Below, one piece after another: positions 1 to 14,659 of a stretch of DNA of 64,000 nucleotides (positions are counted from its first letter, which is position 1; each line of letters begins with the position of its first letter). Origin of the DNA: Eledone cirrhosa. Lineage: Eukaryota. Made by a program: the position numbers and the translations under genes. The notes under the pieces were generated by a model that saw nothing but the letters and a program-made list of their open reading frames with translations, was not told where the DNA came from and did not search any database. The stretch is taken from contig OZ024743.1 in NCBI GenBank assembly GCA_964016885.1, positions 151,590,001 through 151,654,000 on the forward strand, given 5' to 3'.

Positions 1-644
1 TGAGGTTCTAGGGTCTGAGTTTGTATTGTATCTTGAGATTTTTCTTAATAACAAAGGGAAAAAAATAGAAGCAAAAAATAAAAAATAAAGAAGATAAAAT
101 ACAAGAGGAAGAAGAAACAAGAAACAAGAAACAAAAGGAAGATTTTCTAAAATCTGTAAGATTACTGTTGATATCATGTATCGAGTTAAATTTCTCCTCC
201 AGTTATGTCCTAAGTAGGTAATGTGTTTGTTTCTTTATATTACAGGCAGAGAAAAAGGACTTGTACATATATCACTATCACTGAAGAACAGTTTTTCAGT
301 AAAGTAGGCATACATAAATTATCACCAAAACAGTTCATGGCAATACCAAAGAAATGCATGGCTTTAAGGGAAGTTTGTTCTGTTTTATTTTCTCTAACTA
401 GAAGATAATAACACAAGAAAGTAATATGTGCCATAATCCCATGCGACCAGAAAAAATAAAATAGATGACAGTAGATGAGATTAGATGGCTAAAACTAGAT
501 GCTTTGTATTTCCAATTCATGTTAATATTTACATTTTATATTTATATTTTTATTTAGATAAAAACAAATTTTGTGAAGTGAATACAGAAAAGATGTTGAA
601 GTAAATTAAATATTTGTTGTGAAATAATAGCAATAATGATAATA

Positions 645-737
645 ATTGTTTCTGCTTTTGGCACAAGGCCAGCAATTACCCAGTGTATTACTGGTACTTT
701 ATTTTATCGACCCCATAAGGATGAAAGGCAAAGTTAA
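645..737 (-). mobile_element. tRNA-derived SINE family A, 3' part only
   Basis: Reverse complement of the TTTGCCTTTCATCCTTAYGGGGTCGATAAAATAAAGTACCAGT...GGCCTTGTGCC...GAAACA body and tail seen in full copies. Confidence 0.9.
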
Positions 738-771
738 AACAATGAGATAAAGCAGAAATGTACAATAAATG

Positions 772-945
772 ACAGCATTGGTAGAGGGTCGGACGTCATG
801 CTTTCCAGCATAGTTACGTCCCTTTATGATCTGAGTTCAAATCCCGCCGAGGTTGACTTTGCCTTTCATCCTTACGGGGTCGATAAAATAAAGTACCAGT
901 AATGCACTGGGTAATTGCTGGCCTTGTGCCTAAAGTAGAAACAAT
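772..945 (+). mobile_element. tRNA-derived SINE family A (central domain resembles the Meta-SINE domain)
   Basis: B box GTTCAAATCC, conserved GCCTTTCATCC..GGGGTCGATAAA core, tail GAAACA; slightly 5' truncated. Confidence 0.9.
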
Positions 946-959
946 TATGACTTGACTTC

Positions 960-1865
960 ACTAATGAAGATTTATAAAGGAGCCTGCCCACATCTATCAC
1001 AGGCAGACTTGGCCACAGTGGCTGCAATAAAAAATCTGATCTGGGTTTGGTGTTGTTGAGCTATATTTCTTCCACCTTCTCAATGTTGGCATTTGATGAG
1101 ATAATGCACACTAGGTAAATGAACTGTTGGACAGTTTTTAGCTTCGTTTCACTGATGGTGATGTAATGAGAGTAATAATTGCTCTAATGTGTGGGCTGGT
1201 AGAAAACCACCATCTTCTTCAAGCTGACCTGAATTCCGAAGAGCTCAGTAGCTTTGGCAAAGCAAAATGTTAATTGCTGTAGGGCTGATTGTGTGTGGGC
1301 AACAAGAGCAGCATCATTGGCAAAGGGTAATTCCAAGATGAGCTGCTTCAAAGTCTTGGAGGAAATGGAAATGAACTTTGGTTAGGCAATCTTTTCTAAG
1401 GCAATCTGTGCAAAGCAAACAATATTATCCCCAAAGAAGGCTGCTTGGTCATCCAGAGTGCTGGCAAATGTGGTCATCACCTCCAGTCCACTTCAGGCGA
1501 CCCATACATCTGAAACATCTGCATGCAGAATTGTGGATTCCAGTGCCATCTTTCACCTGCCATTTTTGCTCTCTTCTCTATGCTGCAGGGATTGGTGAAT
1601 TGTTAGAAAATGGTTGGAGACATGAACATATGCTTTGACCTGCACAATGAATTTTGTTCAGGTGGAGTGTAGTGTGCACAATACTACCCGTCACACTGGG
1701 GGTACTTCTGCCACCATCCAGCAAACTGAGACAGTGAGATCCTCAAGTCAGGGTTATAACGTAAGTGTGTCTGTCTCTTAGATGGGTGACCTAACAAGTT
1801 TATCTGGCCAGATTTAGAGTTGTCCTACTTATAGGTTGGATGTCAACCAACGCTGATTGTCCCAG
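960..1865 (-). mobile_element. Decayed, internally deleted RTE (BovB-like) LINE
   Basis: Minus strand ~1200-1345 translates LELPFANDAALVAHTQSALQQLTFCFAKATELFGIQVSLKKMVVFYQP (RT FADD-like region); GC-richer 5'-like sequence continues to ~1865. Confidence 0.65.
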
Positions 1866-3713
1866 CATATACATTATCTATATACTTATAAAAAGGAAGT
1901 TTGTTTCTACATTGACTTTTAATAATACTAAATAAAATTGGTAATAATTAAGGTTTTTCATGTTTTAAGAATGTCTTCCCACCATTATTCAAGACCTGAG
2001 AGTACATGAAAGAATATTCAACATAGTCCCTGGAAAGAATATTTTATACTGTTGGATATATGAGTGTGCCATGATATAGCTACCTCCATTTGGAAATGGT
2101 GTGGCATACACAGATGAAAATAACTTATCCAGTAGTGCAAATAATAAACCAATAATTAGTCATGATGAAAATAGATTGATCAGAAGCCAAAAGGAAGAAA
2201 TTGTCACGATAAACTTATTTATTTTTGACAAGAATAGGCATGTGGAATTTGAATAATAAATATCTCCTACTTTTATTTAGATATGTTGTGTTCAGATGCC
2301 ACATTTTTTCTTATTTTTTAAACAAATATAAATTTTCTGAAGTTAAATATTTTATGTATGTCTATAATCAAAGCCTGCATGTTGATTGGGTCAACAAAGA
2401 CAATTAGACCAAAGTATTATTATTTTATATAAGTGAGTATGGTTTTATAATGAAAACAATATGGATAAATCAAACTCTGAGAAAGCCAGCCTATCTTTGG
2501 TTTGTACCATTTTCCTACATTTTTATCACTACTATTCAGAAATTGCTAATTAAATCCAAAGCTTCCTTGCATTCTCAACTATCTGCAAAGTCTTGAAAGA
2601 AACACAAAAGAAACCAATTGATTTTCAATAATTCTAGAAGGCATAACAAAAGTTTATTAATTCAAAATTGCTTTATAAAATTATGGATACAAATAAACAC
2701 AATTTATAAAGAAGAAAAGAAAGACAAAAAAATGTTAAAGAAGATACATGCTCTCAATATCACACCACAACAAGGAGTTTCTCTCTAATAATATTGGAGG
2801 CAAGCTAACACACATACAGCATAACTATTAGTGATAGTGAGGCTATTGTGATAAAATAACAAAGCACTGATGTGGGTATCACCTGATGTGTTGATTAGTT
2901 GAACTGGCAACAATGACCTTGCTGTCAACAGCCCCCACTCCACCCCAAACGTCTTAAAAGACACAGGCTGAAAAAAGTACTTTATCAATAATTTCTGGTA
3001 TTTTAAAATTCTATTGTGTTCAGGGATGCAATGTTCCTTGCCTTCACTGCATCATAAAAGATGTGAGAAAGAGCAAAAAAGATTCTAACTGTGGTATCTT
3101 TAGCATTTAAACCGGCCATATCTGACCAGAATTCTTTCACATATTTCTGTTCAAATTGGACATAATCAGCTGCTCATACTGATGTTAAGGCATTGTTCTC
3201 AAAATAAATAATGTCAAAATCTTGTAGAATTGATATTATGTGAGATAAAGCCTATACTATGAAAATACAATAGTAAATATAGAATAATGTAAATGCTAAA
3301 GGTTTAAATAAGACATCATGTGCTTACTCCTCAACTCTGCTCAATCTGGCTGGCTTTAGAGTTGAGGAGAGATTGACATGAGCCAGGACCCACTGGATAA
3401 TTAGGTTTAGCTTAATATGATGAGTGAAGTGACCTGCATTTAGACCGCAAGGCAATCTGAATAGTAGTTTTGTATTTTGTAAATAGCAATTTAAGTACTA
3501 TGGAATGAAAGCGGAAAAGAAACCAAACACCAATAAACAATTGATATACTGACTCGGTGCATTTATACATAATTAAGGTCAGAAAAGAAAGAATTGCCAT
3601 ATGGTAGGAATGAATAGCTTAAAATGTTATCAGTTAGGATGAAAATCTAGGATGGCATTAATTTGATGTTTATAGAAATAGTCCTAAAATACAAGATGAT
3701 GATGTTGACGATG

Positions 3714-4381
3714 ATCTTCTTCACTCATTTATTCCTGGGAGAGTCATGGGGGCAGGGACTTCAAATATGCTTTTCAGAGGAGCCTATCAGAAGCAACTCT
3801 CTCCAAAGGATCCAGCTGATTCCCCAAGCGAGAACAACCAAGCTTATAGATGTTATCCACCCATCTTGCTCGTGGTCTACCCCTGGGTCTCCTGCCAGTT
3901 GACTTTGCCTGTAAAATCTGCTCAGCGATTCTTTCCTTAGATATTCTAACCACATGTTCATAGTACAGTAGTTATGATGTCTTCATGTGAAGAGGTAGTG
4001 ACTCTACCTAAAGCAACTCCCTAATCTCTGAGATATGCACCTTATCGAGTAATGTTACACTGAAAACCCATTGGAGGAATCCCATTTCATCCACTTGTAT
4101 TCATGATCATACTCTTGTGGTCATTACCTAAGATCCATGACCATAAGTAAGCACAATGTATTCTCTACTTGAGTAGAGTTATATTAAAGCAAACAGAGAA
4201 GTTCAAGCATCTCAGGTCCATTTTCACAATTGATGGAAGTTAGGAGGTGGAATTAAAAGTCAGAGTTGCTGGAGCTAGTGCAATAATGTGACAACTTCAG
4301 CACTCAGCCATCAGATGAAGGGAGGTAGGTGTAAAAGCTAAACTTACTATCTTCAATTCGGTGTTCATGCCCATCCTTTCC
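3714..4381. mobile_element. RTE family 2 3' fragment with 5' inversion (3714-4154 minus, 4154-4381 plus)
   Basis: Plus part reads QCILYLSRVILKQTEKFKHL...KAKLTIFNSVFMPIL; minus part starts VLTYGH and runs to the 3' end also seen at 16596 and 40866. Confidence 0.85.
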
Positions 4382-5796
4382 TAGAATACAAGATACAAAT
4401 CAAATTGGGGAGAGTTGCATAAAAGACAAACTTATTAACAAACATTTCTCCAGAGTATATTTATTTAGTACTGAAAAGTAAATTTTAATATGTAATGTTG
4501 GGAGGTAATTATTTTGGTAAAAGAACTACTGAATAATGAGTCATATAATATCAAGCAAATAGAGATGGCTTTAAATAAACATTTGCTGATTTCATCCCTG
4601 AGCTAATGAAATCATCACATTGCATATAAAGCCAAAGTAATGTCATATAACAAATTTGATGATACAACTACCAAAGTGGTTTCGTTCACAATCCAACTGC
4701 ACTACACTATCTTACACATACACAATTACCAAGTGCAAGACATTCTTTTCATCATTTCAGTTCAATCATTCCTAATGGCTTTCTGGCAATTATTCACAAA
4801 TTAATGAGTTTTAAGTTGGGCTCTTTTCTCACTAAATCTAGAAACCTTTCTTTTTTTTACAGTGTATAGAAGCATGCATGAGTATGTTCCATTTCCAAAA
4901 GGAAAATCTATTTGTCCATGTTGATTATCTGCCTCTTACTCTCCTTTCCTGGATCTTAAAGGAGATGGAAATAGTTATAAATCACCACTTCTTTCATTAT
5001 ACAGAATGGCTGACACTGCAATTTCTACAAACACCAACCAGGCTCAGTTATGACTCCAATGCTACTCAATATTACTTCTAGACACATACTGATGCAATAA
5101 TCAGTTTCCATGCACATTAAATTTGAATATATTTTGCAAAAGGAACATAGCAACATGTTTCCTGTACCAGTACCAAAATGCAATCACTATATACATCAAG
5201 GAAACAATCTCACAACATTACATTCCTCGTGTTTACGAAACCCACAAACTTATTAAAAATGTGAGATTTCATAAGGCTTTATCACAGCCAAACACTAATT
5301 TGGCTATCTCAGAAGGTCAAATACTATCTCACCATGGAACAGCTGATGACTTCATACAAAGCACAATTGAGATTCACTCTAAAACACTGACATATCAGAT
5401 GTGACAAAAGTTGTTATTCAAAACCATGATGAAACCATGTATGAAAAAAACAAATCAAATTCAATTGACTGATTGAGAAATTCCAATCTGCAATGTATGC
5501 TCTCATCAATAAAGCTCACCTTGTTCATCTTCAACTCCTCCAATCATCATTCACACTGTGTCGGCCTTGTAAAACTACACACAAAACACATTTTCCAAAA
5601 CTTTATCCACAAAATATTCAAAGTGTCTTTTAGAGCGTAGTTTTTGTTTCATAATTCCTATAACATAATGATTTTTTAGCAAATTCTAACCATTTTGAAG
5701 CCCATATTCATTCAAAATATATTTTAAAAAAACAATAGGAAATATGAATGTCACAGCGAAAGTGAAACCAGTATAATATTCACCTCCAAAGCAAAA

Positions 5797-6194
5797 ATAT
5801 TTCAGCATCTCATTTACATAGCATTTTGAAGTTTTAAAACTTGGAAAAATATTGACCTCAAATATATGCCGACCCCCATTTCACCACTGATATTTTTTGT
5901 CATATATTTCTTGCTCTGTATACGAGTATATACGGAAAGTCACAGAGAAATATAGTTGGTGTGCATGTGCATGCATATATGTGAAGGGAATATTTATACA
6001 TTAATTCTCTAAATAACACTCATAACAATGTAGTAAATGTAGAAAACTAGTGTTACATTGTAAAATAATTACTCCAGATATTTTAGCATCTTATTTACGT
6101 AGAATTTGAAGTTGGTGAAAATCATCAAAATATTGACCTCGAATGTATGCCGCCCCCACTTTTAACATCAATTGTTTTGTCACATGTTTCTTGG
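5797..6194. repeat. Imperfect ~115-bp direct repeat (5797-5913, 6079-6194), probably internal to an old DNA element
   Basis: Both copies contain AGCATCT.ATTTAC.TAG..TTTGAAGTT...AAAATATTGACCTC.AAT.TATGCCG.CCCC...TTTTGTCA.AT.TTTCTTG. Confidence 0.7.
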
Positions 6195-6206
6195 CTTATA
6201 AATGAT

Positions 6207-6495
6207 TCATCATCATCACCGTTTTACGTCCATTCTTCCATGTTAGCATGGGTATGATGGGTTGTCCTGCTGTGGGCAATGCTTAGTCAGGTGACCATGT
6301 CTTGCTCATACAGAATTGATTTGGGCTTGATTTCTACAGCTGAATGCCCTTCCTAACACCAACCTCATTTACACTGAGTACTAGGTGCTTTTTTACTGTG
6401 GCACCTACACGACCACTTTACAGTCTGGACTGGGTGATTTTTGTTGTGACACCTACACGACCACATTACAGTGGGAGTGGGGTGGGGGCATACAT
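6207..6495 (-). mobile_element. 3' UTR fragment of the young RTE family (family 1)
   Basis: Matches 22864-23150 and the reverse complement of 43745-44018, including the (CAT)n tail. Confidence 0.9.
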
Positions 6496-9400
6496 TACAT
6501 ATCGTAAATAGTTGCATTTAAAATCACAGTTAATCTGAGATTATTTTCTCAAATTTATATTATTTGCTCATAAACAATTAGATTACATTATACATTTTTA
6601 AATTACAGAATTGTACTGTTCAATCTTCCGATTCAAAACAAAATTCTTAATTGATACTGCATATAAGTGTAGTGGTGAGTTGCTGAGTGTTTGTAAAGTC
6701 AATTGTAAAAGTTATAGTGAATGTCCTCTCTACGAGTGACCATATGAAAAATGGGAACAGATTTCTAAGGTGCTTTAAACCGTGATATTCTAAAAATTTG
6801 GTTGATAAAATGGTTTTGTATTCAAACTTTTAGGAATTGGTTAATGATTTATAAAAAAACAAAAAAAAAAACTTTAAAATAGGCAATAAATAAACAGAAG
6901 TTGATCAATGACTTGAGGTGGATGGTATTATTTCTTTAAACATTTTTATAAATATATAATACTAAGTTGAATACCATTTTCATTCTATTCCTCTTTTTTT
7001 TTTGGGGGGGGGGGGGGGGGTCTCCTCTCTTTCACACTGGGAGGAGAGAGAAAGAAAGCATTAAAAAGAATGGTAGATTAGGTAGATACACAGGTGGAAG
7101 AGAGAATTAAAGAGAGTGAGAGAAAGTGAGAGAGAGGTTTGTGTATGGTATCAAAGTGAGCAGAGAAGAGATGTTGGGAAATAAAAAGCAGAGATGATAG
7201 CAGATTTTCATGGGAAAAAAAAAGAAAGGATAGAGCGGAAGAGAAGAAAAAATGAGGCAGTGAGAATACTATCAGTGAAACTAAAAAGAATAAGAATAAT
7301 TGCAAGAAGATAAAATGAAACTCAAGAAAATGAAGCAAAAAATATTATGAATTGCTGAAAGGAGATAGAAATAAACCCTGTCATTTTTAAAAGGTAACTA
7401 TGTCAATAATTGTATAATTGAAACTTACAAACTGTAGTAAAAAAAAGTATTTTTTTTTTAATTAGTTAAAAGGAAGGAAAGTATAACGTTTTCTGAAATC
7501 AGAAAACATTGGGAATAAACATGGTTTTTCTCAGTTTTCATTTTTATTAGACAAATGGTCCTTTTCATTTAGATTAACTGGCAGCTTGAAAAATATGAAA
7601 CCTAACCCCATCGTTTCTTCCACTAAGTAAATATATAAAAAAATGAAAATCTCTTCAGTCAGAGTAAAACATACCTCTCACAATACAATTGAAATAAAAA
7701 GTTCTCAAAAAATATTTACAAATGTACAAAGAAATTTGAAAGGAATTATGAAACAGCAATTTGGTATTATCTGACACAGATTTTTGATACCCAGAAGCAC
7801 AGAAGTGAGGGTTATAAAACACTTCAAACTATAACGTGATGCATGAAGACATTGAGAAGTATGAGAGGCTAAACTATCTTCAACATAGACTGATAACATA
7901 GAAACCAGATGTAGACATGTCAAAAGAGATAGGATAATATAATTTCTGTTGCTGTCTTTCAAACTAGGTGTTGTGACAGCATAAAAAATAACCCAGAAAA
8001 AGACACAAAACAATTGATCAAAATTTTGCTTGTGGTAGTCATTTCATTATACATTTTTGTAGGATGATGTATCTCAAAACTGTCCTGTGTGTTTTTAAAA
8101 ATAATATGTAAATGTATGACATCTTCCTTCTTATATATAGGCTTCAATTGGATTTGATAGGAAATCTAGAATTTTTCAATAAATTATGACTATGTGTCAC
8201 ATTTTAGAAACAATCTTATCAGGTCAAACCTGACATTTTCTTATGTTTTACTAAAACTACTATTTACATCCAGCCTGAATTGAAAGAATTTTTCACCAAG
8301 TATGTATAATAAATTATGTGTGTTTGTGTGTTTATACACATACATTTACTGTAATCGCTTACATTTTTTTAACACAATATCTTACTTTCTTATTGCTTTT
8401 TTCTTTTCTTTTTTTTCTTCCTTTTTCATTGTGTTTCATTTATGACTCTCATGCTATAAGAGGCACCACACCTTTTCCTTGATATCAAATAAATTCTTTG
8501 TGTACTTGTAGCTTAATTGCTATAAATTAATGTTTTGTCTCTAGTCTCTTACTCCACGGGACAGTGTTTGACTTATGTCAGATGCTGTGACCTCAGCTGG
8601 ACCAGCAGTAACATTGGTAGGGGCTGAAACTGCCAAAGTCTATCTCAACAGCTGGTGACCCTGGAGTTCTGTGTCCTTCGTTTGTTTATTTTCAAAAAAT
8701 AATTTTTTAAGGTTTCCCCTTAAAAAATTATTTTTCATTTTGCCTTGTTTCCGTTTTTTAGTCTTGTTCTGAATATTAAGAAAAACCACTCTCATGTGCC
8801 TATAATTCTACTACCAAACTTAATCTAAAGCATATTCACTATGAATTAATTTGATTGAAAACTCTGTCAGAAGTGTGAGAGATGCTTCAACCAACCTGTT
8901 AATTCTGCTCATATTTAAAGATTACAACGGCAGGCACACAATGAATATAACAATCTAATTAGTCTGACATTTATTATGTAAACAGATAGATTTCATTTGA
9001 TTATATTGATATCAATATAGTACTAAATACTGAACTTAGAGGAAGAAAATGGAAACTGAAACTTTTTTGAATTTGAACAAGGTTGTGAGAAATATCAAGT
9101 TGGATATTATTGTAAAATATCCACTTTACAATTTATACTAACTTTTTATGAGTATATAAAATTATAATCACAAAACTGTTAGTTCTAAGAAAGGATCAAA
9201 TAATTGTGTAGCAACATCAATTTGTTCATCATCGCAGTGTCCAAAGTTTCTCAAAAGAGTGAATGCTATTCTGATAGTGAGTCTCAAAAATAAAGAATTT
9301 GAGAACAAGTAGGAAACATCTCAATGGTTAATGTACCAAATGATTCAAGAAATATTTCTATGGACTACCCAGGACCTCTTAAATAACTACTATATTTTTT

Positions 9401-9914
9401 GTTCACTACTTACATAGAAAAAAAATACATTTTTCCTTATGGATAACCACTGTAACAACTGAATCATTATATCAAGATAACATATGAAAGGAACTAGCAA
9501 TCTTGTCTAATTTGTGGACAAAATGTTACAAGTACTTTATGCTCTTACAAATTACAACAGTGAAGTAAAGATATTTTGAATGATTTGATTAGATATATAA
9601 ACAGCTTTTACAGCCTTAAAAATAACAGGGTTTCAGTTTTCAAAGTTGTTGCTGGAAGATCTGTTGTTCTTTTTTAATTTTTTGTTTCTTCAGAACTGGG
9701 AATTGTATTAACATTATATGAATTTGACAGCTTCATATATATTCCTTTAAGCTGGTTTTGCCCTAATTCTGCTTGCACATTCTTTTTTCTTATACCCACC
9801 CCTTATGTAAGATGGCAATCATAAAGTGCATCTGTCTGAATATATCCTTCCTATTTTTTTTTTATTTTCAATATCTGAATGGATATACATTAATGTTATC
9901 ATCATTTCAAGCAC

Positions 9915-10060
9915 AGCTTCCCTCCACCTGTCGCATTCCTTTGTCATATCCTCTGTGACATCCAGAGTCTTGAAATCAGCTTTCACCACTTTTGCCCAAA
10001 TCTTCCCCTTCCACAGCTATTTGAGACTCGCCATTTCTTCACCCAATGATCATCCTACAC
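9915..10060 (-). mobile_element. Old RTE C-terminal relic
   Basis: Minus translation KIWAKVVKADFKTLDVTEDMTKECDRWRK aligns with KTWDEVIKADLTQLHLSKAMTHDRDLWR of family 1. Confidence 0.7.
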
Positions 10061-10934
10061 ATGTATCACACTAGAGAAAGGAAGTAATTTCTTCTTGCTG
10101 ATCACTGTGAGTATATTTATTATATTTGTGGTGTATCAACATTGAAGGAATTTTGTGCAAAATCAAGTAATGGGGAATTTAATTTCAAAATAGGGAGACA
10201 TTCTATTCAGTAACATAAAATATCAATTACAGCTCTACCAGTATATCAGCTTAGTATTACTTTTAAGAACAACACTAATAATAGTAATAAAAGACTGGCT
10301 TGAATAAAGCATCTTTCCTGTCACTAGTTATTGAGAAAATACATCATTGAAGGATAAAGAAATATAGCTGAAGTAAAAGAGAAATGTGAGAGCTACTGGA
10401 ATGAAAGTATTTGAACATGATCAAATTAAGAGATATGTGCACAGGAAAATACTGTTATGGTTTGAGTTAGCAGAGAAAATTAGTCACTATAAAATAATGG
10501 ACAAAAGAAAATATTTCTTAAAGTTAGTAGGAAAAAAATGCAATAAAATAGATAAAAAATATATTAATTGTAAAGCAATTGGGAAATCTTTCTGATATCA
10601 CAATAAAATATTGTAATTTTTCCTTGTAAGATATTTCTGTGAAGATCAATATATTGAAAAAATTACAAGATAAAGCATGAACTCATGCTGAATTTGTTTG
10701 CTATGGGGTATGGATACTGTCAAAATATTGCATTTGAATTGATATTTCATGATTTACATTTAAAGTTAAACTCTACCTACCTCGTTAAAATGTCTATCTG
10801 TAATGAACAATATCTCTATTTGTAACAATAATCCAAACCTCAATTAATCAATGGTCTGCAATGATTCCTAATACAAAGAAACACCAGATTTATATATCTT
10901 GTAAAAGAATATTATTGAAAGTGACAATGTTTTT

Positions 10935-11085
10935 GTTTTTTTAGTCTTGGGTGAGTCCCGATTGCCAAAACCATTTCATACTACCCAATTGTCCTTTCTA
11001 TTTTAATATGCTCATGTATGATTCTAGAGATTTGGCCACTACAACTAGTAGATGAAGCACCTACATAGAGGACCTCTTGGTTCAA
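10935..11085 (-). repeat. Old dispersed repeat family C (probable ancient SINE); related pieces near 27295, 34770-34960, 55660, 56125-56320, 61350-61480
   Basis: Shared motifs CTAGAAA..GCAGCCAAATC and GGTCATG...GAATGCCTTTGATCAT among copies, all heavily diverged. Confidence 0.5.
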
Positions 11086-12559
11086 CCGTCAATGCTGGTG
11101 TGTGAGTTGGTGAGCTTTATTAAGTTAATTGTACAAGCCTTGACTCCAACAAATGTGTACTATTTGGATTAAATAACCTAGTAAGCAACAAACGGTGACA
11201 ATTAAAAGAATAATGTAGTAAAATTAGATGAATTATCATGTGTATTAATATATATATATTTTTTTGTAATTGGCATACTGTATGTACTTGTATATAAGTT
11301 AGTGATAGATAAGTCACACCCCTTTGTGTTTATAATATTTTAGTTTCAGCCTTTGACACATAAGTCATATGTTTCAAAGAAAATGCTTCGCTAAAATAAT
11401 AACAATCATAGTCAGTACAGTCTAGCTAAGTTCTGGAATCATAGATATAGTAATGTTTTGAAACATGCAAAATGAAGAGATAAACTGGTGGTTATTAATC
11501 ACCACTCCTAATTGAATAACAATATATATAGCAGCCAATAAACATTAGAATTACAGCTGGCTGATAGAAACTAAGCATATTTGTTTCACACATGGAAATT
11601 ATTTTTGTTTTCATGTGAGATGTCATGAATATATATTTTACAATGTTTACAATGCTGATATTCACATAGAGTAAAAATTATTATGGCAGATCTACTCTAT
11701 ATATTTAACCATTTGGCTCTCTCTCAATCTTTAATTGGCTGCATATATTGAACTGCAGCAATGCTGGCACACTGCCTTTAAGGGATTTAAGCAATTGTAT
11801 TAACCTCAGTACTTATATTTTCAAATCTGGTAATTATTTTATCGATCACCTTTTGTTAAATTACTACCTCATGGGATATAACCACAGACATGAACAGATG
11901 CAGGCACATATGACAGGCTTTCATGCAATTTCCAAATTTTACTCACAAGGTATTAGTCAATCCAAAGTTATAGTAGAAGGCCCTTGCCTAAATTTCCACA
12001 CAGTGGGGCTAAACCTAAAACCATGCAGTTGTGATGCAAACTCCTTAATCATACAGCTATGCCTACTAGTTATGGCTATAAACTGTAGGTATCACTGAGT
12101 GATAGTTATTGTTCAACAGTGTAGTCTAGAATAATATGAGTGATTTTATAAAACTATCTGAATCCAATGTATGCCCTTACTGCTTCTCATCCATAAACTT
12201 AGCTATATGTGATCTTTGCCTTTACCTATGGAAATGACGAATTTGAGACAAGCTTCTGTAGAGTTAAGCAATGTTTAGATTGGTTTTAGAAAAGTTCCGA
12301 TATATATATATTTAACTAATATTAAATAAGAAGAATTAATGCTCTCTCAGGATTAAACATTGTAACATATTTATAAGCCCTGTATAATTTAATGTTTCTT
12401 TTTTTTCCCACTGTTTATTTAGATAATACTTTCCAGAGCCTCTGAAATTGGAAGGAGAGAGAATTGTGTCCTTAGACCAACGACCTGGCTCAAATACTTT
12501 CAACAGAGTAGACTGTACTGAAGGCATCCAAAGTTCAGGTGGTTGTATTATGTCCACTT

Positions 12560-12800
12560 CCTAGGTATGACACAGCAAGATTTGAACTCAGAATTCAAAC
12601 AGCAAAAACAAATAGTGCAAGGCATCTCATCTGACATGCTACTAATTCTGCTAATCTACTGTCTCACACTGGTACTTTATTTTAATGATCCCAAAAGTAT
12701 GAAAAGCATAGTTGATTTCAATGGGATTTGAACTCACAGTGCAAAGAACTGAAACAAATGCCAGAAAGCATTTTGTCCGACACTAATGACTCAGCCAATC
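12560..12800 (-). mobile_element. Two decayed SINE-A-like copies
   Basis: GATTTGAACTCA (antisense B box) occurs twice, plus CTGGTACTTTATTTTA. Confidence 0.65.
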
Positions 12801-14659
12801 CTGAGTATTAGTGAATTTGAAAGTCAATGTTGATTTTTTTTTTGTTGTCCATTTATTATTATTATTCTTTTTTTTTTTTTGTGCGCGCGGGGGGGGTTCA
12901 GAAATAATGATATGAATATAAATATACCTAGCATTGGTAAACTATCTCTAAGGTTATTCGATACCATTCACAATTTATTTACAGTTCTACAGAACTTGCC
13001 CAAAAAAATATTTATGAAGAATGTGTTTTCAAATAATAATTATATGAAATGTATTAAAAGTTATTAACAAATGAAATTTAATCAATATTTTCCTAACAAT
13101 TCTGATTGATAATATAATTTTGTAAGTAGTGCTTCGAGAAAATTGCTGCTACATTACCAAAAACATATATTAGAAGAAATTTATGTTTGCTTTGTTTTTT
13201 TATTTCACAAACAGTCAACAATATACATTCATATTAAGTAATACAATGACAGTTTCACAAAGCTGAACCCAATCTCAGGATTATTCTCTTCCCTATAAAA
13301 TGATAACATGTTTTTATATGTATGAAGTCACACAAATAACTGAAGCATTTATTTCTCAGTCACGAGTTAATTGTAAGGAATCACCATCCATAGAAATTTA
13401 AACTGGTTTCCGAGGATTTCTTTTCATTCTCTAAATTTCAATAACACTTTAAAGGATTTATACTAAGTCTATCAACACTTTTTGAAGACTAATATGATTC
13501 TTCTTCATGTTAATATAGATATTTTTCAATGTTAGAAAGAACACATAACTTATCTCTTTCCATTCTAGTCACAAGTATGTAAAGTTAAATTTTAGTAGTA
13601 ATATGAATATCTGAGAAATATATACAGCAATACAATAACATCTTGCAAGGCAGCTTTTCAAAATATTCCTTTAATACATTACAGTCATATTTTAAACTAC
13701 CAATATCTATTCCAATACACATTATTTGCATAAATTGTGTTCTGACTACTCATGACAGTGAAAGTGTTTTACTTTGAGGCTGTTCAATACAATCAAACAA
13801 ATGATGGAGACAATAATCTTATGTATGTCTCTTTACATTAGATACAGTATTAAATTTCATAAATATGCAGCTTCCACACAAATGAGTCTGTGCTACTACT
13901 GCTGCTGTATAGGTTAAAATGACAACCTAAAATAAATGAAGAAAATCTTATATCACATTCATCTGTAAACTCATTTCAAGAAAACTATGAAGAGAGAAAA
14001 TAAGCTTTTGTGCAATGCATTGCATGCACACTCTCTGCAGCTGCAGACATACATTCTGGTACATTGCTAGGATTTCACCCAACTTTTGATGATTCTTCCC
14101 ACCTGCCACTTCACTAACCAGATGGCTCTTTAAACAGCACTCCTGTAGAGAGATTCAGGCCTTTACACTGCATGCTTTGTTTCCAACTACTCTAAACACA
14201 CAACAGATCCTCTGTTAGGCTCCCTTTCTCTAATATAATCATCATATACACACTAACTGTAGGTTCACATATGCCAAGTGCAACAACTCTGTTGTTAAAA
14301 CTATCTTAATGAAAGGGTCTGATAGCATACCAGCCACTATCCTTTAATAGCACACTGTCAAATTGGTACATGTCCTTATTATGTTAATGTTTCTTTCTAG
14401 GTTAATACTTATCTTGAAACTGGAAACATGAAAGAGGATGTCCCATACTGAAAAGAGTTTCAATATCAACAAATTTGCTAAATATTAAACTATTGCTTTC
14501 TCATTCAATATCTTCAAGTTAATGGAAATAATGGTAAATAGCTACTTTCTGAGTCTTGTAAAATCCCCCCACCTCTCTCTCTTCTTTCTCTTCAGGGCTA
14601 ATGTACAGTTACCATAGAATCAAACTCATCAGACATCTCTCTTATATACCTGTAATCTC

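Noticed and set aside
5520-5574. Apparent minus-strand exon with good acceptor (TTTTGTGTGTAG) and donor (AAG|GTGAGC)
   Set aside because: Stops in all three frames, no supported partner exon, and the plus strand (KLTLFIFNSS) may be an old LINE relic; a UTR or non-coding exon cannot be excluded without RNA-seq
7705-8147. Hydrophobic ORFs faintly like a membrane receptor
   Set aside because: No recognisable family motif; hydrophobicity is expected from a T-rich strand
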